In this document: positions 1 to 13,409 of the stretch, piece by piece | Layout of the letters: every line of letters starts with the position of its first letter | Numbering within the stretch: the first letter of the stretch is position 1 | NCBI GenBank assembly: GCA_976551045.1 | Contig: CDPCPM010000015.1 | Span: 5,208,001 to 5,272,000, forward strand | DNA from: Glaucostegus cemiculus | Lineage: Eukaryota | Direction: 5' to 3' | DNA: 64,000 nucleotides | Program-made: the position numbers and the translations under genes | Notes under the pieces: generated by a model | The model's database searches: none | What the model saw: the letters and a program-made list of their open reading frames with translations, nothing else | Told to the model about the DNA's origin: nothing

Positions 1-59
1 TAATCTGTTCAAGACTGGAGGTATCCTGTGCTATATAATAAATTTTGAAGCATTTGTTA

Positions 60-345
60 TATAATGTAAATTTTGCTGTGTAAGATGCATGGCAACCAGT
101 TTAGGCACAACAAACTTCCACAAATAGTGATTTGATAGTAAACAATCAGTTATAGTAATAATCAGGACACCCCTGCTTTTTGCAATATTACCAATCTGCA
201 TTCATTTTGAAGGGAATACATTGTCTTAGTTCAACATTTCATCTGAAAGGCAATACTTCAGAAAGCCATTTCAGCACTGCAGTATTGGATTAAATTTGCA
301 TCCCCAAATTCTGTACGATGAGACTTGAAACTACAGCTTTGACTT
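60..345 (-). mobile_element. Degenerate DeuSINE (SacSINE1-like) fragment
   Basis: Reverse complement resembles the 63010-63390 copy (tRNA-like head plus Deu-domain-like body); family named from memory. Confidence 0.4.
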
Positions 346-360
346 GTTGCATTGGTGTAG

Positions 361-1860
361 AACATAAGAATGTAGATAGAAGTAGGTGTTGTCCCTCCAG
401 TTCCTTAAGACAGCCTTGGCTCCAGTGCCTGTGTGTCTTTCTTAATTAAGAGAACTAAAGCGCTTGATTCTAGGTGTGGCCTCACTGATCACCATATTTC
501 TTGGTTAACAGTGCCTAATATTGCTCTCAAGCTTGAATATACTCAACCACAAAACATCCAAAGCTCCTTGGAGTAAGAAATTTCTCATAATCTGAGAACT
601 CCTTACCTCAGAACAGTGGTCACTAATTCTATATTCTTTAGCTTGAGCAATCAACCTCTTAAAATCTATTTCATGAATCCTCTCCAAACCTTGCTTTCTC
701 CGTGAGATCACCTGTCATTCTCCTAAACACAACTAAGTATAGGTAAATCTTATTCAGTCTCTCCTTATCAGACAATCTACTTATCCCAGGAATTAGCCTA
801 GTGAACGTGCACTGCATCACAGCATAGGCAAGTCATTCGTTCCCTGGAAATGAAAACAAAAAAATTAGCTGTGACAGGACTGGTTAGATGCAGAGTAAAG
901 CTCTCTCTACACTGTCACGTATGGGGGAAAGAAAACAAAATGAGAAATAATCTCGCACCATGCTGTTCCATCATGTTCCTAGTCCAAGTGAAATAGAGAA
1001 TCCTCACTGGTAAGCTAACCAGCGGCTTCAGAAACAAACGTATTTATTCATTGCTGTTTGTTTGGCTTCCCTGTATGCAAATTGACAGTTTTACAAAGTG
1101 CAGATCATACTTCAGGTGTTGTCTCATCAACTCTGCATAATTGCGTGGAGATTCCCCTACTCATGGCGTCCAAACCCTGTCTGTGTAATTAAGGCCAATG
1201 TGCAATTTGTCTTCCTAATTGCTAGTTGTATCCACATGTTTAGTTGCTACTTTTTTTATATGGGCTAATGCAGTGCTCATTCTATACACCAATGGTTACT
1301 AGTCTTCCCTGTTTATTAAAGGATTCTGATTTTCTGTTCCTGCTACCCAAGTAGAATACCTCACATTTTCCCCACATCAATATCTACCTTGCCAATACTT
1401 TGTCCAATTTGTACAAACACCTTTGCAGACTCTTTGCATTCTCTTCATAGCTCACTTTCTTGCCAATTTTTGTACAGTTGGAAAGCTTGTATTTATAAGT
1501 GAATTTTCAACCTAACTGTTCACAACTTGTAATTTATGGGCTGGGTACTGATTCTTATGGCAACCTGCCAAAATGATAAAGATCTTTCTTTTTCCTACTT
1601 TGTATTTTACTCCTTAACAAATCTTTTTTCTATGCTAATATCTTAATCCTGTAGAGCCCTAATTACTCTTAACTACCTGGTTGGTTATATTCTCAAAAAA
1701 AACCTTGCATTTGCAAAATCTAATTTTCTGTTCATAAAACCATGTTGCCTCAGTATTATCAAATCATGATTTTCTAAAAGCACTGTTTTCATGTCTTTAC
1801 TGACAAATTTCTGCAGTCTTTCCACAGCTAATGTCAGACCAACTAGTCTTTTGTTCTACA
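361..1860 (-). mobile_element. Degenerate CR1-clade LINE 3'/RT fragments, interrupted by small SINE pieces
   Basis: aacataagaa...agaagtagg is the reverse complement of a CR1-type tail; cacattttccccacat and similar RT-region motifs recur in other copies. Confidence 0.55.
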
Positions 1861-2865
1861 TAAATTATTAAGAACATAGCAACAGAAGTAGAGAATTCTG
1901 ACCATTGCTGGAGGAAGTTATTTGCTGAAATTAATTGAAATATGCAGGGATTATAGGCCATGGGAATGTTAATTTTATAAGCAAAGTACTTAGTTGGCAG
2001 ATAGCATATCTTGCTCTGGTTTCATATCTGTGGATTGGCTCTCTGACATAGATAGTCCAATATTGTAACAAGGAATGGTCAGAGGCTGAAGAGATAACTA
2101 TTTGATTGTAAGTTAATTTTTTTGTTAATAAATATTAACATTTCCTGATCCTTTGGTAACAGGGGGGTCAATTTACATAATAAATACTCTTGTAAGATTT
2201 CCTAAAATGTTTGTGTTCTGTTTCCAACCATTCCTTTTATAAATTTCTGTCTTGGATTTTATTTGTTGGGATGGAGTTATGACTTAATGAATTAATGGAA
2301 ATGCTTGTTTTTATTACTTGAAACTTCCTTTAATGATTTTTAATTTTTTTTTGCTGCTTGTGTATAACTTTTTTAGATCAAGTTTTAATGGATATTGAAT
2401 GTTTGCTTCTGATAATTGTTAATACCTCTTTGTTAATAAAATTTATGTAATTTTCAAATCAAATACATGGTTCTTGATATCTGTGCATCGGAGCCTTTTC
2501 CTGTTCTATTTTCTGTGGAAGAGCCTTAAACTGCCTTGGTCCCTTTCTTTGGAGTTCTTATCTTGACAGTACTTCCCTACTTTCTTCTCAATTTTTAAGG
2601 TATTCTTAAATGGTATCTTTTGAATTTGGTCAGCACTTAAGATGCTTGCTATTGCTTTGTAGTTGCTGTTCTCCTGAGAGGCACTGTACTATAGGCCCTT
2701 AAATGCAGGTCATTTTACTTTACAGAAAGTAAAGTAAAAGGTTTAAAAACCAAGTCTAACTATTTTTATTTACAACCATATTATATCCTTTTTGGGTTGT
2801 ACTTTTGAAGAAAGTGAATGCTTTGAGTTGTAAAACTTTGTATGCATTCCCTCAGGCTCAAGAAT

Positions 2866-3130
2866 GACTAGCTTCTAGTCTTGTTTTGAGGTGACTGATA
2901 AAATCAATGTGGGAACGGCAGATTCTTCCACAAATGAAAGAAGTGCCTGATAGGACTGTTTACACTGGGCTTCTGTGTTCTCTTGATGCATAGCCTCTGT
3001 TCTCGATATTATCCCTAAATGATCCTCTGTAACTATAGAATTGGCATGGGGTTCCCAAAAGCCAGTGGGCATGTTGCAGTCTTTCAAGGATCTTTTAAGG
3101 ACATCCTTGAATCTTTTCTTCTGGCTGCTT
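2866..3130 (-). mobile_element. RTE-clade LINE 3' fragment
   Basis: Minus-strand peptide QKKRFKDVLKRSLKDCNMPTGFWE is typical of the RTE ORF C-terminus; homologous to 53005-53350 and 62260-62610. Confidence 0.65.
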
Positions 3131-6100
3131 ATAATCGTTCCTATGATAGAGTTCAGAAATAGAATATCTAGTTCAAGAGGCTGTTGCTGGGCATGGGGCA
3201 ACATGGCTCTAATGGCCTTTTTCTTGTTGGACTGGATTAGATAGCAGTTTTGTGAAATTTAATGTTGACCATTGTTGGAAGGCTAGAAATATCTAGAACA
3301 GGAAGTTTGCTAAGAGCCACCAGAGAAGAGTGGATGGACTGTAAATGCTCCCCAGGTACATATGCATTTTGATGAGGACAACATTTTGCCTGACTTAAGT
3401 GGTATCTCCATTGTCAGTTTCTATTCCACAATATTCAAAAGTATGTATACCAAACAAAAACAGAATTGCAGATGGTGGAAACTTGAGGCAACAATAACAA
3501 AATGCTAAAGCATTTGGTAAATTGAGTAGCATCTGTTGAGAGATGACATTTTGAACCTTTTGTCCTTGTTGATGTTCCCTGTGGAGATGTTGCAGTGAAA
3601 GAAATAGTGCCCCATGGTGAAAACCAAAGGAAATTGGGTATTTGGAATCTGAGTGATCAGGGCAAGTATTCATGTATATGATTACCAATCAGTTTGATGA
3701 GTAAGTAGCACAAAGACAGAAGTGCAAATTAAAGTGGTGAATTTGAATGCAAATCAGGTGCAGCAATTTAAATGTAAATGGAAAATAATGATTGGATGTA
3801 GGGAAGCTATGGAAAAGTTTAAAATATTTTTTAAAAATTGCTCAATGTATTTAAAAAATCAAAATTCAATTCAATGCTAAAGGAAATCTATAAATTCTCT
3901 GCCCCCAAGTAAATGACACTTTGATAAAATAATCCCTTAAATATTAAAAATGTGTGGACATTAAAAACCTTCAAAATATATCTATGTGTCTATTTCAAAG
4001 TGAATCTAACTTTGTGGGGGCTTTAATGTGTATTTACTTAACTAGCTTGCCCGAATGAATCCATTTGAGTGTTGAGCGAAAGACTAGAGCGCTGCTACTG
4101 GCAGAGAAGTCTGATATTCATGAATTTACTGTCACTAGAAGATGCTACATAAATAGCAATGGTGCTCCCAAACCTGCCCTTGATTTGACAATAGGTTATG
4201 AGCCGTTTAAATAGTAATGAAACTTTCTTCCAGCAACATTTTTGTTCTTTTCTCGGGTTTCTTTTTGTTGGCAAAATATGTATGTAATAAGCCCCTACAA
4301 CCCAAGTTGCTGGGAACAAAGCTGTGGGAATAATGTCAAAGGCTTTAGGAATGTTTTTCAGATGGGTGGGATAGGCTGTAGTCTATGGCTACTGTCCAAA
4401 TATTCACTGAAGTGAAGATTACTGAGTGGAATTATTGTACGAGGAGGCTAGTACTTGGAGTTTGGGTAGTGGGGTGCACAGGTGTTGGGAGGAGGTGATG
4501 TTGCATGGAGAAAAGGGCCAAGAAGTTGCTTTATTTTGTTAAGTACTGAAGGAAGGTACAAAGATATAATGCTGCGTGGATGGCTGACTTGAGCCAAGAA
4601 GCTAGAGGACACAGGCATCTAGAGCACAGCAGAAGTGGAAAAAGGGGAGTTGCGATGTTCGAGACCAGAGAGCATTACATTCATTGTCAGATGAATCTGA
4701 GGCTGGGTGGGTAGTGAATAGGTTCTACTGAATGGACTGTTAAGGGTCTGCAGTCTTGTTTTGGATATCAAAGGCAAGGCAACAGATTGACCTTCCCAGA
4801 GGTGGCAGGTAACAGCTAATTCGAGACTCTGGTAGTAAGGCTGGCAGTTTATTAGAGTGTTCCTGCATTGAAAGTAGGTTGAGGATAATAATACAACATG
4901 AGGTAGTTCAGAAGAGTTTAAAGGACATTATTTTTCAAGTTACTTTTTAAAGAAATTATCTTGCCTTACCTTTATTTATAGGATTGGCTCTCACAATACT
5001 AATTCAGTAATGTAGATTATATAAAGTGCAACACAGAAATATTTGACATTGTTACTCAGTGGCTTGAACTGGCATTGCAAGCTGACTATTTTCTATAATG
5101 CAGTTTTAACTTTCACAATAACAGTGGTATTTGCCTTGCATAATATATACAATATTGACAAACCTCACACAGATGTATAGCGGATTGTTTACTTGTTCAC
5201 TGCTTTAAATGATTTTGCTGTAAAATTTGAGGAAGGGTTTTTAAATATATTTGGAAATATATTTAAATAGGTTTTTTAGCCAATCAAAAGGCATAATATG
5301 TTATTAGCTTGTAGAATGTACGATTGAACATTGAGCACTCACCCCATGCTATTGGAGAAACCCTTGGCTAATTGTGATTTGCTTGCTTTAAGTACTTTGG
5401 AACAGAATTAGCAAGATGCAAGGTATTAACCAAAATATTTTCAATATAAAATTGCTGTTGTCTGTAGTTCTGTTGTGCTGTTGTGTGCATGGATAGTCTG
5501 CAGTCAGACTACTGTTGTTTGTGTCTTGCCTCGTGACGGATAAGCTGGTTTTATGTGGTACAAGGGAAAGGCTTATTATAGCTGAGAGCTGCTTAGAAAT
5601 GGGGCAGTGATGTTCTGTCAATTCATGGCAAATCTGTTATGCAATCTGCTGACTTTTCACATGGAGAAACGAGAAGTAGTTCTCCTGATTCTATACTCCT
5701 GGAAACTCTATAGAGTATTGGACATCTGGACTAAATCATTCAGAAAGCATAAATGCAGCAAACTGGGGCTGTGGTTTCTTGCCATCCTTGTTGACACTAT
5801 TTAATTTTGTGCTTGAATCAACTAATGAATAAACATCTTAGTTTTTGTTCTACTTAATATGACAGTTTTACTTCAACATAATATGATATTATAAACCTTG
5901 AAGAAAGCAAATTTGTCTTGAAGCACTTTGGGGAAAAGAATGGTGCCCAAATTCAGCTTGTAATTCCAGTACACTGAATTTGCACAAATACAAAAGCAAA
6001 GTCTAATAATGATTTTATATTCTTTGGACTGATGCTAAAAGATTCCATTGTCTTATCCAATTAGATGTTTAATATAATGTTAATATCTTACTTCTTTCCA

Positions 6101-6179
6101 ATGGCAAATTTACTTTTCTCGAAGTTGAAGAGGTATAGCTCTGTGGAATCCAATTTTAGGGAAAAGTACTTGTCAAGAT

Positions 6180-7125
6180 ATTGTTCGTGTATGAACTTTG
6201 GAAAGCTATTTATTCATGAAGTTATCACGGAAAATACATTTTTACTGTATTCCACATGTATGCACTTCCCACTACTGTTGGATAAAGATTTTGGAGTCTC
6301 ACCAGAAGCATCAAAATTTAAAAAGACCTCCCATCCCAGGAATCAATTCAGTGAACCATCACAAGTATATCCTCCCCTAGGCAGACAAATCAGAGCTGCA
6401 CACAGTATTCCAGATGGTGATTCACTAGAGGCCTACATAATTGGAGCAACTCATCCCTATTTCTCTGCTCAAATCTTCTTTTAATAAAGGCCAAAATACC
6501 ATTTGCCTTCCAAACTGCTTGCTGTACCCTTCATGTTAGCTCTGTCATTCATGAACAGGGACACCAACACCTATCAAACTCGAAAATTAAAACAGAAAAT
6601 AATGGAAGTACACAGCAGGTCAGGTTGCAGAGTGAAGGGTCTTTGACCTGAAACATTAATGCTGTTTCTCTTCCCACAGATATGGTCTAACCTGTTAAGC
6701 AGTTCTGGCATATTCTGTTTTAATTTTTAGATATCCAGCATCTACAGTTTTGATTTTCGCCTGTCAAACTCCCATTGATTTAAAACAAAATCTCTGCTTT
6801 TCAACTTTATTCCACTAAAGTGGATGATGTCATATTTTTCCACATTATATTCTGTTTGGTATGTCCTTGCCCATTCACTTAATCTGTCTATAAGTCTTTG
6901 AAGTCGGTCTGCACTCTTATCACAGCCCACACTGCTACCCAGTTGTGGGTCATCAGCAACTTGGATATATTGAATTCAATTCTCTCATCCATATGATTGA
7001 CATAGGTTGTGAACAGCTGGGACCCCAGCACCAATACCCTCAGTACCCCATCAGTCACAGTATCCCAACCCAAAAATGACTTTTTAAAACTCTTATTGTT
7101 TTCTGTCCATTAGTCAGTCCTTAAT
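6180..7125 (-). mobile_element. CR1-clade LINE RT fragment interrupted by a Penelope-associated repeat
   Basis: Peptides LQRLIDRLSEWARTYQTEYNVEK and VTDGVLRVLVLGSQLFTTYVN (decayed GVPQGSVLGP..F.IYIND). Confidence 0.75.
6575..6760. mobile_element. Penelope-associated short repeat with inverted arms
   Basis: aaaacagaaaat...cagcaggtcagg and inverted ...cctgttaagcagttctggcatattctgttt. Related copies near 3470, 12850, 18200, 29030, 31035, 43460, 54015 and 58405, the last attached to a GIY-YIG fragment. Confidence 0.55.
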
Positions 7126-9289
7126 CTATTTCTTTCCACAGAACAGTGCTGGACCAGCTGAGGATGTCCAGCACTTTCTTGTGTATGTGTGTTTGTATTT
7201 TCAGTAAGGAAAAACATATAGTTGATATTAAATATTTATTCTGGTGACCTCTTTTTGCATTCAGTTGTGTTCGGGCAAGAACGCTGTTTGTTTACTTTCT
7301 CTTTGTTTTGCTGCCATTCAGTTATATCCAGGCTTTTAAAATCTATGACTTGCGTGATATTCTCTGCTGAGTTATCTGACTGCTTTCATTTATTCTTTCT
7401 ACCCATAGTCTTGTTTTCTGCAATAGGACTTGCATTCCTTTGGTTATTACCTGGGTTTGAGAGGAACTTTTGAAGGCAAATACAGTGCATGTCATGTCTG
7501 TACTGGACCAAAATGACACCCAATTGTGTGTTATTGAAATGTGTGTTATTGAAATGTTATGTGTCAACTGCGGCTGTTTCAGATAAACATTCTTGCTGTA
7601 CTTATCCAGTGATCCTGGTGGAAAATGCAAAGGCAAAAATATCTGTAGAGTACTGGGCCTGTCTTGACACTTGGTAGTTCTCTTTCTTCACATCACCACA
7701 TCATTCCTCTCCCAATCTAAGTGGAACAATCTTGTTATAATTTTCTTTAAAGTCATGGAATACAGGCATCACTGGCAAGGTTACAATTTATTGCCCATCC
7801 CTACTTTTCTTTAAAAACGTGATGGTGAGCTCCTGTCTTTAACCACAGTGGTGTTTCAGAAGCAAAAATACTGAAAACAGGAAGCACATGAACCATGATA
7901 AAAGTACTGCCACATGGCTGTTGCATAATGAGACAAGCAACAGTGAAGCAATAACAATTTATTTCCTAGTCAAAATAGTGTTTAACTTTAGGAGGAGCTT
8001 GTGTAATTAATTAAATTACATTTTAATTAATTCATTAAAATGTAATGAATTAATTTTACTTGATTTCTTGAAGCCATATTTGGGAAAAATGCTGCATTAT
8101 TGGTAAGGGCACTTTCATATATCTTCCCAAAATTAGCTTTTGTGATCTTGTTCGAATTAAATCTGTGGTGAAGCCCGAGGTTGAGTAGTCCTAGCAAAAC
8201 CTAAACTGCATCAATACGCAGTTTATTGATGAACATGTGCCAGTTGATAGTTGAGTCAAAGATACCTTACGTAACTTAGCTGATGAGTAGAATAACGTGG
8301 CAATAATTGCCTCGATTGGATTTGGGGTGGTTTTTTGTGTAGACAAGGTGTAACTGGGCTATTTTCCACTTTCTTGGCTTATTAGATACATCTCATTAGG
8401 TCAGGTTGTTTAATGATTCAATCAGTTCTGAAGCACAGGAATTGATAGCCAGGCTGCTGTTGTGATTGGAGCTTTTGGTGTATTCATTGTTCTAATTTTT
8501 TTATTCTGGGTGTTTGCAAGCATGTTTGATTTTATGTACTGGTACCATGTGTTTTATTTTAGCACCTATTGTTGCTTTCATGAGGAAAGATTAAACATTG
8601 ACAGCAGTAAAGCTGCTTGTTCAGAAACAAAATCATTTTAGATAGCTTAATAACGCTGACCTCTGATATGGCTAACCATTAGACTGGAAATGATTGAATA
8701 ATCGAAATAGGTAGAATCTATTAACATTTATATTTTGCTGACTATAAGCATACACTGGTTTGTTGAAGTTTTCTGGGAAGTATTTTGCAAAAAAAAATCC
8801 TGACTATTCAGTACTAAATAAAACAAGAAACTATAACCAGTGTGGTACCAGATTTCCTGGCTGAAAGATGGGAATGTGTTCTTGGGAGTCCATAACATTG
8901 ATTCCAGTCCTTGTGAGAGAACCTACTGAAAGGAAATAATCACTAATCTCAGTTGAAGGTGCGTCTGTTGATGATGGTATTAGTAGAAGTGATCACTACG
9001 CAGTTCTTACAGATTCATAATTCTGTTTTCACCCTAAGGACACACTTCATTGTGTTATATGGAGCCATTCTGCTAAGTGAGATAAAAGTTGCCAAAATCT
9101 GTTCTAAATTTTTCTCAAAACCAGGCCATCAGCAGAAGCTCATTCCATCACAACCTGTGACCTTGAAGATTGGTATATTCCTTCTCTCCACCATTGCTTT
9201 CAAACCATGGGAGCAAACTTGGGTTCAGTTAGGAGTGTGTGGGAATATGCTGGGGTAGTATCATGCTTGCCTCCAATTGAGATGATGAC

Positions 9290-9800
9290 CTAGAAAAGCC
9301 ACAGTACAGGACAGCATGTATACTAATCGTTGGAAGCAGATGCTTTTGATAAAAACTAGCAATTTCATAGGTAGAGGATCTGAACAAAGCCCTATTATAG
9401 TACTGCCATGAATAGTGGAAAACTATTAAAGAACTAGTGTGAGAAAAAGGTTACATTCATATAGCAGATATTCACATTCACATAACCTCAAAGACAGCAG
9501 AACTAGCACTTTAGTGGAAAAGACAAAGCTGAAATGTTTATAACCACCTTTGGCCAGAGTTGTCAAATGGATGAACCTTCTGAGATTACCACCATCACAA
9601 GCCAATATGTAGTTAATTTAATTCGCTCCACATATGGATGAATGCACCTGATGTAGAGAATGTTTTTGACAACATTCTGGGTGTAGTGTTGAATGCTTGT
9701 GTTTCAGAACTGGCCACACCTCTAGCCAAGCTGCTTCAGGACAGCTGCAATACCTGTGGAAAATTGTTCAGGCGCATCTGTAAAGAGCAGGACAAATGCA
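9290..9800 (+). mobile_element. Degenerate CR1/L2-group LINE ORF2 fragment
   Basis: Peptide DNILGVVLNACVSELATPLAKLLQDSCNT resembles the pre-RT region (D.IP..VLK.CAPELA.PLAKLFQ.S..TG). Confidence 0.6.
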
Positions 9801-11001
9801 GTTTAACTATTGCCAATAAATGTGTGCTTGAATATAAAAGTAAAATTAGATCTGATTGTGGCTGATCCATACTAAACCTGAGTATTCAAATTATTTTCCC
9901 AGCAGCTTGAGTTTGCAGATCATCATACCCTTACACTGACGCAGAGTCCTACTTGGACTTCCATATTCAAAAATGGATATGGATGAAGTCACTTGTCCAT
10001 GCCCCTATCGTGAGATACCACTGCCTGACTCTGGCATTGAGGTAACTTGATGCCTTTGCCCAAGAGTGTGCTCCCTAACTACTGTTTAGTATTTAGTGTC
10101 CAATCTCTGGGTGGACTTCACCCAGTTATGGCACTGAGGCAAACTAAACATGGATGTCGGACAGTCGCTCTCCTGTTCCAGGTCAGGTCCCTGACCAGCT
10201 TCCAGAATGAGTATCCTGCACAGCCAGTAACCATTGACAGCATGCCAAACTCCAGAATGAAGTACTGAGCTGGGCTAAACTGTCCTGGCATGACCTTATG
10301 ACCCAACCTGAACTCTGTCTCAGCAGAATATATACCCAACTGGACCTGAATCTGACACACATGGTTGCATCCACTTGAGCTTGGGTAAGGATTTAATTGT
10401 CATCCTAATCTATTCGTGATGGTTAGTAAGTAAAGGTAGTTGAGTTTGGCAGGACCATTAAGAGTTGCTTACTTAACAATAACATGCTTACCAATGCTTA
10501 GTTTGGACTTTTGACAGGAGCATTTGGTCACAAGTCTCATTATCTTCAATACAAAAAACACAAAGAAATAAGATGAATTACAGCAGTGACTGCCCATGGA
10601 TTCTAATGTAGCATCTGACTATGTAAAACTCAATTTGGTGGAACTAGGGGAAATATCTCCATTTGGCCAGTCATACTTGGCAGAAAGGATGGTTGTGATT
10701 GTTGAAATTCAATTAATTTAGAATGCATCACTGCAGGATTTCCCTCCAACATAATATCGGAAGTAGGGATATTCAGCTCTGCCCACATGAATAAACAGAA
10801 AATCCCCATGAGAAAATTGGCATAAAGCAAAGGTGGGCATGTAGAGGTGCAGAACAAGTTAATTATGATATACTTTAATGTTGCAACAGGTGTGAGGGAC
10901 TAAGTAACCTCCTCCTGTTCCTATTTCTATGTTAGTCTTAGCTTTTGTTCAAAATTGATGTTGCCACTTTTAAATTCTTTTATCTTTCTCTTCACTTACA
11001 G

Positions 11002-11033
11002 AATCTTTCAGTAAAAAATCAGGCTTGGCTGAG
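11002..11033 (+). CDS. PIP5K1C: PIP5K1C exon 2 (32 nt; xSFSKKSGLAE)
   Basis: ttcacttacag|AATCTTTC...GCTGAG|gtgagc; phase 1 to 0, in frame with the next exon; the mammalian exon 2 is, from memory, also 32 nt with a KK motif. Confidence 0.8.
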
Positions 11034-11145
11034 GTGAGCAAATTTTGCAGTTATATATTTTTCACAACCAAATGCTGTGGGATGATTGGTGCTTGATACA
11101 AGTTTGTAATTAACATATTCAATATCCCTTGCATTTACTTCCAAG

Positions 11146-11238
11146 ATGCCCTCTTCTTCTGGAAATACATATGCACCTACAGGCAAAAAGATTGGACATA
11201 GGGGAGTGGATGCTTCTGGAGAAACTACATACAAAAAG
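11146..11238 (+). CDS. PIP5K1C: PIP5K1C exon 3 (MPSSSGNTYAPTGKKIGHRGVDASGETTYKK)
   Basis: ttccaag|ATGCCC...AAAAAG|gtattc; 93 nt; conserved KKIGHRGVDASGETTYKK motif. Confidence 0.95.
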
Positions 11239-12418
11239 GTATTCTGTCTTAAGGTCATATACAAATTTAATTAAAATTCTTACCTACAAACAGATTTTCC
11301 TAATGATTTTGTTTTTATTTTACTTTGTGATGCTCATCATTGTAATGACACAGACAAATAAGCAAGACTTTAATCTGTTTAGAGTGGATGGCTCTATCTG
11401 TAAATTAAAAAGCAATAAAATGTAACCATTTAAAAAAAAATCACTAGTACAGTTTTTATAGTTCCCACTTCCCAAAGTAACATTTTGAAACTGAACATCC
11501 GGCACATTACTAAATCTGAAATTTTAAATTGGTGATAAAAAGAAAAACTTTCAATGTCAAATGATAAAAACAGAAGAAGCTGATTGTTGCATTTTTCATC
11601 AGTGTCTGAAAGAAGGAGAAAGGTTAAAATTTCAAAAGGATTGTTGTGGGATTTACTCAGTAAACTGGATTCTGTCATTTTGATTGTTTAATTGAAGTCT
11701 AATGATCCAGCTGCAAGTTCTGATTTTCTGCAATTAATTAGTAGATCGTGTTTTCCCCAATGATCTTAATCTGTTGAGTTTCAAACTTGGGTTTAGGAGT
11801 GTAAAGTAAGCATTCTTCTTTAAACTATTTAAGTGGTACACAGCAATTATTTTTTGGTTAGATGACTTCATGTGTCCAATTTAACCTTCCTTATGCCTTA
11901 ATTTCTAATATTAAAACATGCTTGAAATGTTACGGTGTTATTAAATTGGAGTGCTGATCAGCTTGTTACATGATTTTCTTTCTACTGCTCCCATTACATA
12001 ATCCTAGTAAGCAAGTAAAGTCAAGGTTGTTAGATGGTTGTGTTTAACCTTGCCTTTAAAATGTAGCATTAATGACCAAGACAATTATTATGGTGAGAAC
12101 TGTTCATTGTACAAAAATATCTCGGGCCATATGATTTTTCAATGGAAATACAATGTTGTTAACACTTAGCTCAGTTCTCTTAAAGATAATATGGATATGT
12201 GTCCAGTTGAGATGTTTGTACTAACATGATAAGCAGTTTCTGATAAAATTATCTATTATTTTTACCTCTGGTGAAATTCTCAATAATAAGATCAAGTGGT
12301 ATTTTTTAACCTTTTAATCTTTGTTGACATGGCTCAAAATGCATTCAAACTCCAGGGCACAAACTGATCCCAGCTCTGGTGCAGAGAAAAATATAATTTG
12401 ATTCTGCTTATGCTGCAG

Positions 12419-12549
12419 ACAAGCTCATCTACTCTCAAAGGAGCCATTCAGCTGGGGATTGGATACACAGTAGGAAATCTCAGCTCGAAGCCCGAAAGAG
12501 ATGTGCTGATGCAAGATTTCTATGTGGTTGAAAGTATATTCTTTCCTAG
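12419..12549 (+). CDS. PIP5K1C: PIP5K1C exon 4 ([44 protein letters not shown])
   Basis: tgctgcag|ACAAGC...CCTAG|gcaagt; 131 nt; GC donor. Confidence 0.95.
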
Positions 12550-12934
12550 GCAAGTCTGTCTTTTCTCCAAGTAAATTTTTGGGATTGTAATATTTTGTTG
12601 CTTTTTTAATTGTTAATCATTTTATGATTTTCTCCTTAATTAATGTGGTGTCTAATGTTGGATAATTGTTAAAGTATATTTTGTATTCTCAAAAACTACA
12701 CCAAGAGATAAAAATGGACCTCAGTATTTGTATCACACCTTGTGTCTACAGGACATTTTGAAGTGTTTAACAGCCTGAGAATAACTTTTGAAATGCAGTC
12801 ACTGTTATGTAGGCAGGTGATAATCAAGAGAGTGAAAATTTCAAAAAAATAACTGCAGATGCTGGAAATCTAAGGTAAAAACAGATGCCAGAAATACTCA
12901 ACAAGTCAAACAACATCATGGAAAGATAATTTTT

Positions 12935-13030
12935 AAAAAATTTTATTTACAGTGTGATAACAGGCTCTTTCGGCCCAACGAGTCCACACCGCCCATTTTA
13001 AACCCCCAAATTAACCTAGCTGTACGTCTT
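12935..13030 (-). mobile_element. 5'-truncated V-SINE/HE1-like copy inserted in a Penelope-associated repeat
   Basis: Close reverse complement of the 3' part of the SINE at 37086-37362. Confidence 0.8.
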
Positions 13031-13409
13031 TTAAATAGAGTTAATATTTCAGGTTGAAGGCATTATGGGTAATTGGTTGTGTAATTATTGGGAGAACAGT
13101 GATAACAAGAGGAGGAACTTTTCGAATGAAACAAAGGAATCGTTAAATTCCCTGAAAGGCAGAAATGCCTCCATTTAATGTCTGATTCAAAAAATGACAC
13201 TTAGCAAAACACTTCTCCCTTTGGCCTACAGTGAAGTGTCAGCCTAGGTTGTAGTCAAGCTTAAATTCTGACAATCTGATTCAGCATTAAGAGTGTTGTC
13301 ATACTGACATAATAGATCGCAATAATTATTTACCTGTCTCATGGCAAAAGACGAGTTAGTCCTGCTTCTCACTCTTTGCATGAACTTGTGTGTAATTTGG
13401 CTGCTACAT

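Noticed and set aside
5400-7700. Alternative first exon or promoter in repeat-poor patches of intron 1 (about 5400-5750 and 7220-7680)
   Set aside because: No CpG island and no convincing exon with a donor in phase with exon 2; cannot be supported without expression or conservation data.
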